Source: Gracilinanus agilis
Taxonomy: Eukaryota
DNA: 64,000 nt
Direction: 5' to 3'
Assembly: GCF_016433145.1 (NCBI RefSeq)
Contig: NC_058131.1
Coordinates: 231,628,115 to 231,692,114, forward strand
The translations under genes and the position numbers were made by a program. Below, piece by piece: positions 50,601-59,662 of the stretch (positions are counted from its first letter, which is position 1; each line of letters opens with the position of its first letter). Under the pieces are notes generated by a model that was given only the letters and a program-made list of their open reading frames with translations, was not told the DNA's origin and searched no databases.

Positions 50601-53600
50601 GAGCTCCAATATTCAAAACCAAGAACTCCACTGCTCATAGTAAATATGTCTGACAGAGCAGAGCTATGGGGAACGCAATAGCGTGCCACAAAAGTCCCAG
50701 GGGAAATGTTTAACAAAATAAAGAGAAATACAATAAAACAGACAACGTAAATTTGTGGTTTTCTAAGTCAATACTCTTTTTTTATTTGGGTTTGATGTCA
50801 GTGGTTCAGACCACTGGTTCCCCTGGTTCAGATAAACACTGGAGATGAGCTACTATCTCAGGCAATAATTTGTTTTTGTTGATTCATTTCAGTTGTGCCC
50901 GACTATCTGTGACCTCATTTAGAGTTTTCTTAGCAAAGATACTGGAATGGTTTGACATTTCCTTCTCCAGCTCATTTTTACAGATGAGGAACTGAGGCAA
51001 ACAGAGTTAAGTGACTTGCCCAGGGTCACATAGCTAATAAGCCTCTTGAGGCTAGATTTGAACTCAGGAAGATGAAGCTTCCACCCATCACTCTATCCCC
51101 AGTGTCACCTAGCTGCCACAGTAGCTAATATTTAAATAAAAAAGACTGTACAAAACCTTCATAGTTCTCTTCCTGGGCAAAATTATTACCCAAAAAGTTT
51201 GTTGTTTTTTTTTAAACCCTTACCTTCCGTCTTAGAGTTAATACTGTGTATTGGCTCCAAGGCAGAAGAGTGGTAAGGGTAGGCAATGGGGTCAAGTGAC
51301 TTGCCCAGGGTCACACAGCTGGAAAGTATCTGAGGCCAGATTTGAACCTAGGACATCCTGTCTCTAGGCCTGGTTCTCAATCCACTGAGCTACCCAGCTG
51401 CCCCCACCCAAAGAGTTTTTAATAAAATTAGCATTCTCTCTTTTTGAGCTATGTGAGAATTATGTCTAAAAACGTAGGAGGAAAGGATGCTTCCAAAAAG
51501 ACTGCTGAGGAAAAAAATGACATAAGCAATGTTACTCCAAAGCAGGGAGGGGCAGGTTTCCCAAGAGAGAAGTCTAGGAAGCAAATTATTGAAGCCAGGC
51601 AAAATTTCCAGTCTAAGACTTTCTTCCCATCAGTGACCCAGAGACTTTCTTAAAGAACTTAGGAGTTATTTGAGGATATCCAGTTTAATGGTTTTCTACA
51701 TATGGTTTTATACAGCTCCCTCATTGTACATTTTTACTTATTTCATATGAGTAAGTCTAATCTGCCTTAAACCAAAGCCATAGATTTCTTATATATATTC
51801 TATAGCACTCAGTACACTGAGCACCCATACTAGGCACATAAAAGTGTTCAAAAAATACTTGTTAATTTAGTTACTCACTGTGACATGTTCTGAGACTTCT
51901 CAATAAACTTCATGACCTAAAAGGAAAGAGAATTGGTTCTTGAAGGTCTTTGGTACATCCATAGGTCAGAAACTCTCCCAAGACAAGCAGCAGCACACAA
52001 AAAGACTCCAAACTTGAAAGTACATTCATTAATTTCAGGGTGCTGAGGCAGCTAGGTGGCACTGTGGACAGAGCACCAGGCTGGAATCAGGAGGACCTGG
52101 GTTCAAATTTGGCCTCATTCACTTCCTAGCTTATGACCCTGGGCAAGTCAATGAACCCCAATTGCCTAGCCCTTGCCACTTTTCTGCTTAGAATCAATAA
52201 CTTACTATTAATTCTAAGATGGAAGAGGAGGGATTTTTTTTTTTTAATTTCAGGATGCTATACATCCCAATTACTTCTCCCATTTCATATCCTTCTGTTC
52301 TCATAATAAATCATACAAAGATCCAAACTGATTTAGAAAAAAATACTCTAAATACTTCCAGGTTTATAAAAACAGTCTATGTTATCTCATTTGATCCTCA
52401 TGACAAACCTATAAGGTAGATACAGGCATTATCTCACTTTACAGGATTCCGAGGTTCAAAAGGCAGCATGACTTACCCACAGTAACACAACTGATGTTGA
52501 AGGTAAAATATGAACTTAGGTCAACACTCAGTTCAGAGCTCTTTTCTCTGTACCATGTTCCCCCAAATCAATATTTATTTATTTTTATTTTAAAATATTT
52601 TTCCATGTTTACATGATTCATTTTCTTTCCCTCCCCTCTCTCAGAGCCAACAAACAATTCTACTGGGTTGTACAAAAGTTATCACTTGACACCTATTTCC
52701 ATATTATTCATTTCTGCTATAGAGCGATTTTTAAATACCTAAATCCCAAATCATATACCCATATATACATGTGATAAATGATGTCATATGTTTTGCTTTC
52801 GCTTTTCTACTTCCATAGTTCTTTCTCTTAATGTGAATGGCATTCTTTTACATAAGTCCTTCAGGAGTGTCCTGGCTTGTTGCATTGCTACTAATAGCAA
52901 AGTTCATTACATTGAATTGTTCCACAATGCTTTACTTTCTGTGTACAATGTTCTTCTGGTTCTGCTCATTTCACTCTCCATAAATTCACTGAGGTTCTCC
53001 CAGTTCATACAGAAAGCCTCCAGATCACCACTCCTTATAATACAATAGTATTCTATCACTATCATATACTGCAATTTGTTCAGCCATTCCCCAATTTAGA
53101 GACACCCCTTCATTTTCGAATTTTTTGCCACCACAAAGAGAGCAGCTATGAATCCAAAATCAATATTTAACTAAAAATAATAGCCAACATTTATGTAGCA
53201 CTTGAAGATTTGCAAATGATTTACATAGTCACAACAAGATAAGGGATATTATTATTACCCCCATTTTAAAGATGAAGAAACTGAGGCTGAGAAAGATTAA
53301 CCAACGGAATCACACAGCCCCTAAGTTGCTATGGCAGGGCTTGAATTTAGGCCTTCTTTATGTTAAGTCTTATGCTCTATCTACTGTGAGGTAACAACAT
53401 GGTAGGAATACAATGCAATGATTTAGGTTCAGAGATGAGAAACCAAGATAAAAAAAATCTCATTCATGACTGACTTTGATCAAGTTATGTGAGCAATATG
53501 TAAAATAGAGAAAGTTTAAATCTGCCTTACAAGAATGAGAGAACTACTAATAGATTAATGATTATAACTTTCCATAGAAAGTGATTTCAAAAGGCTAAAT

Positions 53601-56600
53601 GGTTAAAGAAGACTTTTATATTAATAAACATTCTTCTTCCACCCACAATGTGGCTACCAAGGAAATATCAGAATGCATGTCAGTAACAAAATAGAAATAG
53701 AACCCTGAATTTCTGGCTTTATAACTATAAAAATATTATTAAATGCAAAAAAATAACAGTAATTGATATGTTTCATACTTTCTTCCCAAGTGTTTTCACA
53801 TATATAATCTCATCTTATTAACACAATAGCCCTTGTGAAGTATGAAGGATAGACAATATTTTAAAGAAAAAGAGAAAGATAAGCAAACAGACACAGAAAA
53901 GTTAAGTGGCCTACCTAAGACTATTTGGCTATAAAGAAGCAGAGGTGGGACTAGAACCAACTCTTCTGACTCTTGAGTCCAAAGTTCTTTTCTACCACAG
54001 GAATCTTCCCTTGTAGGTTTACTCAATTAGGGCATCCTAAATAATGTGTTGACATTTTCTACATTAAGTACTGATTTATTCAGCCCTTTTCTTCCTAAAG
54101 TGATCAAACCCATGCCAATAAGATCCACATCGTACTGTTCTATAAAATATACATACCTGATCAAATCTGGTAGCAAAGAGATTAAGGGAGGTCACTATGC
54201 CACCATTGGGTCCAAGTCCATATCTAGACACAAAGTTTAGGAATTCAAATGTTTACAAGGGATTTCATAGAGTTCATATCTAGTGTACCCCACACACAAA
54301 CATCACTCTTGGCATTAATGTGAGAGGTAGGCTTTGAAAAACTGCAACTCCAACCTCCAATCCCCAAATTAACATATCAACAAAACACTCAGAAAAACTC
54401 AATGTGAATGGTTATGTCTTTCAATCTTTATTTTATAAGGAAGGAAAGGTCTCTTCTTAAAATCTTCCAAATTTTAAAAGGTTATTTATTACAAATTTAG
54501 ATTTATGGGGGCAGCTGGGTAGCTCAGTGGATTGAGAACCAGGCCTAGAGACAGGATGTCCTAGGTTCAAATCTGGCCTCAGACACTTCCCAGCTGTGTG
54601 ACCCTGGGCAAGTCACTTGACCCCCATTGCCTACCCTTACCACTCTTCTGCCTTGGAGCCAACACACAGTATTGACTCCAAGACAGAAGGTAAGGGTTTT
54701 AAAAAAACAAAAACAAAAAAAACAAATTTAGATTTATGTTAAGAAAGGCTTCTATATTAGCAATAGTATCTTTCCCAGACTTACCTGCACATTTTTCTCC
54801 TTTAAAAAAAATTTAAGTTACTTCACTGCAGTCACATGTTTGGGCTAGAATTTGTCATATACTTCAAAGTCTTCTAAAGTTAAAAATGTAGCCAGAAAGC
54901 AACCAAACAGGAGTTAGAAAATACTAAAGTAGAAATGGAAAAGGATACTGTTTCATGACTTCCTTATACTTCACTGTGTCCCGAATATCTAAAAAAAAAA
55001 ATAAGCAGATCAACATTTAGGAGATACCTTAGGCTTTTAGAATATACCACGTTAGAGCAAAAGTGTTGCACAATAAAGTAATCTCTATTTTGTTTTAAGT
55101 GAAGAATTTCTTCCTCACCATCAGAATTTGTCCTTATGGCTATTTCCTATGTGTTCCACATCAGAAAGTAAGAATGTGGAAATAGAATGAGTGGAAAAAC
55201 AGTACTACATGAAGAAAGAACAAAAAGGGTAAATTCAGCCTATCAACTGTTGTTGGCAACTATAAGTCAGACTTCTAGGATATTCTAGACAATTTTCTCT
55301 TGGACCAACCTCTCATGCTAGTTCTCTTTCTGCACAAAGGTAAACGTCATGTTTGTGTGTATACGTGTTAATCCCCTTAGATTACAACTCTCTAAGAAGA
55401 GGGTGTTTGGAGCAGTAGGATGGCCTCTCCCACATCATGAGGGCTACATCCCTCACAAAACTAGAAGGGACTTCAAAACTCATCTAATCATGAATTGCCA
55501 AAGAGGAACCTCCTCCTCTGAATCCCTGAGGAGTGGTCATACAAGTTCCACCTGAAAACCTACAGGGATGAGAAATCCATGAACTCTTGTAACAATCAAT
55601 CCTACTTCTCCACAAGCTCTCATTGTTAGACCACTTTTCCTTAAGGGACCTTAGAGGCTATTAAGCCCAATGGGATTGGGACTTGCCCAAGGTCATAGGG
55701 CTAGAAAGTACCCAAGGCAGGATTGGACCCCAGAACTCCCTACAATACCTTCTTGCCCCAGGGGCATTATATAGAGAGCTACTTATAAACCTTCACACAC
55801 TAGAACTTCCATTTTAAATAAATGTCCAAGTAATCATATTCATTCCTCATTCCAATCCATCCCAACTCTCTAAAATGTTTTCTACACAGTGCACTCAGCT
55901 TTCTTTTCTTTCTCACAACTCCTCAGCTTCCTTTTAGTCCGTGTCTTTCCATATTAGAATGGAACCTCCTTGAGGGCAGGGACTATCTCTCTTTCTACCT
56001 ATATTTCTATTCTCAGAACTTAGCACAGTGCCAGGAATACAGTTAGAACTTAATAAATCCTTGCTCAGGGGACAGCTAAGTGGCTCAGTGGATTGGAGAT
56101 AAGAGGTCCTGGGTTCGAATCTGACCTGACACCTCCTGGCTTTGTCGCTGCCCTGGGCAAGCCTGGACCTTACTGCTATTCTGCCTTGGAATCAATAAAT
56201 AGTATTGATTCTAAGACAGAAGGTATGGGTTTTAAAAATATAAAATAAATGCCTATTCACTTGATTTGATTTTTTTTTTAAATTTTTTTTAAACCCTTAT
56301 CTTCTGTGTATTGGCTCCTTGGTGGAAGAGTGGCAAGGGTGAGCAATGGGGGTCAAGTGACTTGCCTAGGGTCACACAGCTGGGAAGTGTCTGAGGCCGG
56401 ATATGAACTTGGGACCTCCTGTCTCTAGGCCTGACTCTCAATCCACTGAGCTACCCAGCTGCCCCCATGCCTATTCACTTGAAATGAATTATGGCAAGTC
56501 AAAAATTTACTTTTTTTTTTTTTAAACCCATACCTTCTGTCTTGGGAGTCAATACTATTGACAGCTGGGAAGTGTCTGAGGCCAGATTTGAACCTAGGAC

Positions 56601-59411
56601 CTCTCATCTCTAGGTCTAGCTCTCAATCTACTGAGCTACCCAGCTGTCCACAAAAATTTACTTTTCTGATACTTTCACTCACTGCTCCATGTTGGAAAAG
56701 TAGCACATGAACTAATAGGAAGAACCTTGGACTTGGATGTCAGAGACCTAGGTTTGAACCATGTTCTGCTATTTCCCAGCTGTAACTCTGGGAAAGAACT
56801 TTTCTAAGCTTTATCTGTACAATAGGGCTAATACTTTTATTATGTACACAATACAGGGAGATCAAAGGATCATAAGAGTTAGAGCAGGAAGAAGTCCTAG
56901 GGACCATAAGCTCTACCCTCTCATTTTACGGATGAAGGAATTGGGTCACAGAGGTTGTTAGGTGACCTACTCAGGGTCATACAATTATAAAGTATCTGAG
57001 GCAGGATTTGAACTCAGGACTCCCCAATTCCAAGTCCAATGCCTTATTCATTATATCACACTGCCTCTAGGCTGTTGAAAGGAAAACTATTTGTAAACCT
57101 TAACATACCAAATAAATCTGAGTTGCAATGCTTTTAGCTTCTAAGATCAAATATTTCCTCTACATGATATATATATCGCAAGGTCTCAAAAGTCTGCCTC
57201 TTCATCCAGTTTGCCCTTCTCTGAATATATCCCAATCAATGATCTTCTCAAAAGACTGCACAAAGAATTACCTACAATATTCCAGATGCAGTCTTTTTTT
57301 TTTTTAAACCCTTAACTTCTGTGTATTGGCTCCTAGGTGGAAGAGTGGTAAGGGTGGGCAATGGGGGTCAAGTGACTTGCCCAGGGTCACATAGCTGGGA
57401 AGTGTCTGAGGCCAAATTTGAACCTAGGACCTCCTGTCTCTAGGCCTGGCTCTCAATCCACTGAGCTACCCAGCTGCCTCCTCCAGATGCAGTCTTGAGC
57501 CACTCTCACAAGATTTGAAACAAATTCTGAATGAGCCTTTCAATAAACACTTGTGAGAGGAGTTCTTGGGGGGGGGGGAAGCTTTTAGGCATGATCCAAT
57601 TAGAAAATGAACCCATTTCTACTTGATCCTTATTTCATGAGAAATATATATTTAAGAAACTTCAGATTCATTTTATTGTTCTGCCTCTGGAAACAGATTA
57701 GGTTAAAAGTTGCTATGACCTATGGCATGTGAACACTCACCATTAAACTTGGGTGTCAAAGAGTTAACCCACAGTGGTTATATAAAGAATGGGGGGGGGG
57801 GAACCAACCAGCTTTGAATACAATAGAACCTAAGGTCCTTAAGGACAAAAAACATTCCATTTTTGTTTCCTAGGTGCTCACCCGGATCAGAATAGTAGGA
57901 CTGGAACTGTGGTCTCATTGATAGAATTCTGAGATAAAGAAAATTCCTTGTACAAATGAAGGTTATAACTTCTGCAACTCAACCACATTACAGCTGCTTC
58001 AAGCACTGAATTCAGACTCCACTTTGCTTCTCCCCTAGCAAATCATTTAACAAATGAATTAAATTAATCTTGGAATAAGAGATTAAACAACCTTTCAGCA
58101 CAAATTTTTCACTGTCACAAGCTAAAATCAGTATCTCAGCTTAAAGATTTCCCTCCAATTTACAGGCATCTTATAATAAATACCAATATAATTTAAGGTT
58201 ACTAGAAAGGGTTAGAAGTAGAATAAAACTATGGCTTGAGGATCACAAAGCCCTAAAATACAAACCCATGCAATCCTTAGAATCAACAACTTGGGATCAC
58301 AGATTTAGAGCTGGAAGTGTAAGTCATGTAGTCTAGAAAAAGATGTTCTTTAAGTAGGCACAATTAAACTGTACAAAAATGTAATGAGGTGCGCTGGCCT
58401 GGAGAAGATTCCTAATCACTAGAGAGCCTTCATGAGGGACAAGATGAGTGACTGAGCACGTGTCAGGTATATTATAGTTGGTAGTAATGAATGAGTGATT
58501 TCGTTGTCAGATGTGTGATTGACTGTAGAATTAGATCAATCAACAAGCATTAAAGGTCTTCCATGCATAAAAATAAAACTGTTATGGCCCTCATAGTGCT
58601 AGACAGACCAGATTTCTTCCAATTCTTAAGAGAGTTTTGAGTCTCTTAGACTATCTCAATGTTTATTTTTGAGTTAAATGGCTTCACCAGTTTAAAATCA
58701 ATTCTACACATATTTGTATTGGCACATAATTTTTTTCCATGCTGTCATCTCACTTAAGACTGTAAATTCCTTTTGAGGAGCTTTTACCTTTTTATCCTGT
58801 TTGCATGGTGTTGCATAGTGCCAAAGCTGACCTGTGTCGCCTTAATTTCTCAAATATTGGCAAATAACGTTAATCACGTTCACCTAAGCAAACAGGGCTG
58901 CTGGGCAGGAAAAAGGGAGGGATGGGGCAAGGTGGGCCTCTGAAGACTGCACAAAAGTGGTCGAGATGCAAGAGAACACGGGCCTACAGTACTCGAGTCA
59001 CCATTTCTCAGGGCTCCCAATGCCGCGGGTAACTTCTGGCCCGTGCACGCGCACTCACCAATGTTGGCTGGAAAGGGGACCTCGTGCACGGCGGGGTCCA
59101 GGTTGATCACGTAGGGCGGCGAGCCCAGGCCGTGAAGGTATCCCGTGAGCCTCTGCGGAAGAAAGCGGCGGGAGACAAGGGGAAGGTGAAGGTCCCGCCA
59201 TCCTGCCCCTACTTCCCGAGTCAGCCCCAGCCCGGCCCCCTAAAATGTGGGCTTTTTCCTGCCTCTCGCTTCTGCGCCACACCTGTACAAAGGTCGTTTT
59301 CCCAGACCCAGCCATCCCCAGTACAAGGAGACACACAGGAGGCCGAGGTTGGGGCTGGGAATGAGGGCCCTCTGGAGTCTCCCGAGCCTCAGGTCCTGAA
59401 GAAGGATCCAT
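35517..59411 (-). CDS. GPN1: GPN-loop GTPase 1, 381 aa
   Basis: 14 exons total 1146 nt in frame: 59411-59283, 59152-59059, 54988-54949, 54223-54157, 51916-51879, 49925-49847, 49382-49288, 46888-46843, 44319-44173, 42313-42231, 41538-41499, 40096-40006, 37233-37123, 35602-35517. P-loop GMAGSGKT, G2 NLDPA, GPN motif GLGPNGG, G3 DTPGQ, G4 NKTD, acidic C-terminal tail. Confidence 0.97.
36163..36355 (-). mobile_element. hAT MITE, same family as 11598, 193 bp
   Basis: Reverse complement aligns end to end with the 11598 copy; TSD CTATAACC / CTATAACT. Confidence 0.92.
36725..36885 (-). mobile_element. SINE, 5'-truncated
   Basis: Reverse consensus from the tail to the B-box. Confidence 0.82.
37123..37233 (-). 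CDS. GPN1: GPN1 exon 13
   Basis: [36 protein letters not shown]. Confidence 0.94.
37860..38410 (+). mobile_element. Marsupial L1 3' end
   Basis: GACCCAGAGATC..CTATAC.CCCCAAAGAGATCAAAGA. Confidence 0.65.
38448..38655 (+). mobile_element. SINE (SINE1_Mdo-like), older copy
   Basis: Consensus body and A tail. Confidence 0.8.
38725..38927 (+). mobile_element. Young SINE (short-tail subfamily)
   Basis: TSD AAAAGTGAAGGGCA on both sides. Confidence 0.9.
40006..40096 (-). CDS. GPN1: GPN1 exon 12
   Basis: [30 protein letters not shown]. Confidence 0.93.
41499..41538 (-). CDS. GPN1: GPN1 exon 11
   Basis: [13 protein letters not shown]. Confidence 0.95.
42231..42313 (-). CDS. GPN1: GPN1 exon 10
   Basis: [27 protein letters not shown]. 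Confidence 0.95.
44173..44319 (-). CDS. GPN1: GPN1 exon 9
   Basis: [27 protein letters not shown]...YSSLR. Confidence 0.96.
46843..46888 (-). CDS. GPN1: GPN1 exon 8
   Basis: [15 protein letters not shown]. Confidence 0.95.
47042..47238 (+). mobile_element. Very young SINE (short-tail subfamily)
   Basis: TSD AAAAAAATACTAATTA; long pure A tail; CpGs retained. Confidence 0.93.
47780..48840 (+). mobile_element. Marsupial L1 3' end with duplicated 3' UTR tail
   Basis: GGTGGAATTGTGAACTGATCCAACCATTCTGGAAGG..; two similar tails ending near 48590 and 48840. Confidence 0.8.
49288..49382 (-). CDS. GPN1: GPN1 exon 7
   Basis: [31 protein letters not shown]. Confidence 0.96.
49847..49925 (-). CDS. GPN1: GPN1 exon 6
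   Basis: [26 protein letters not shown]. Confidence 0.96.
50875..51117 (-). mobile_element. MAR1-type SINE
   Basis: GATACTGGAATGGTTTG.CATTTCCTTCTCCAGCTCATTT..ACAGATGAGGAACTGAGGC. Confidence 0.8.
51201..51405 (-). mobile_element. SINE (SINE1_Mdo-like)
   Basis: TSD ACCCAAA[A/G]AGTTT. Confidence 0.9.
51879..51916 (-). CDS. GPN1: GPN1 exon 5
   Basis: [12 protein letters not shown]; 38 nt. Confidence 0.94.
52048..52245 (+). mobile_element. SINE, older copy
   Basis: Consensus body. Confidence 0.78.
52565..53150 (-). mobile_element. Marsupial L1 3' end
   Basis: Reverse L1 3' UTR. Confidence 0.75.
54157..54223 (-). CDS. GPN1: GPN1 exon 4 (GPN motif)
   Basis: [22 protein letters not shown]. Confidence 0.96.
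54508..54721 (+). mobile_element. SINE (SINE1_Mdo-like)
   Basis: 17-bp TSD ACAAATTTAGATTTATG at 54491-54507 and 54722-54738. Confidence 0.93.
54949..54988 (-). CDS. GPN1: GPN1 exon 3
   Basis: [12 protein letters not shown]; 40 nt. Confidence 0.95.
56068..56650. mobile_element. Cluster of three SINEs: 56068-56248 (+), 56265-56466 (-), 56515-56650 (-, internally deleted)
   Basis: TSDs ATGCCTATTCACTTGA (56249/56467) and CAAAAATTTACTTTT (56500/56651). Confidence 0.9.
57296..57481 (-). mobile_element. Young SINE (short-tail subfamily)
   Basis: 15-bp TSD TCCAGATGCAGTCTT at 57281-57295 and 57482-57496. Confidence 0.92.
59059..59152 (-). CDS. GPN1: GPN1 exon 2
   Basis: [31 protein letters not shown]. 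Confidence 0.96.
59283..59411 (-). CDS. GPN1: GPN1 exon 1 (P-loop)
   Basis: AAGATGG Kozak context; [19 protein letters not shown]. Confidence 0.93.
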
Positions 59412-59662
59412 CTTTCCCCAACGTAAAGATGAGTCTGCGCAGGGCGGAGCCGGAAATGACTTTAGGAGGACCGAGTAGAGTTCCGACTAGGGATAGGCAA
59501 AGTGGGGCGGGGCTGGGGGCGGGGCTGGGGACAGGGCCAAAGACCTGGGAGGATTTGGTGGCTTTGCGCTCTCCTTTCCCTCCAGAGTCGCAACCCAAAC
59601 GTAAGACTTCGTTTTTCCGTCCCTTTTCCTGCCCTCTGAGCCTGTGCAAGAAGCCGCCAGAA

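Noticed and set aside
50520-50720. Possible H/ACA snoRNA or poison exon in GPN1 intron 5 (small hairpins, ACATTT ends)
   Set aside because: Hairpins are short, H-box spacing does not fit, and there is no convincing donor site.
1173-58800. Most short ORFs in the six-frame track
   Set aside because: They lie in introns or repeats, often start at GTG/TTG, or are intronic extensions or antisense shadows of real exons. They show no recognisable product.
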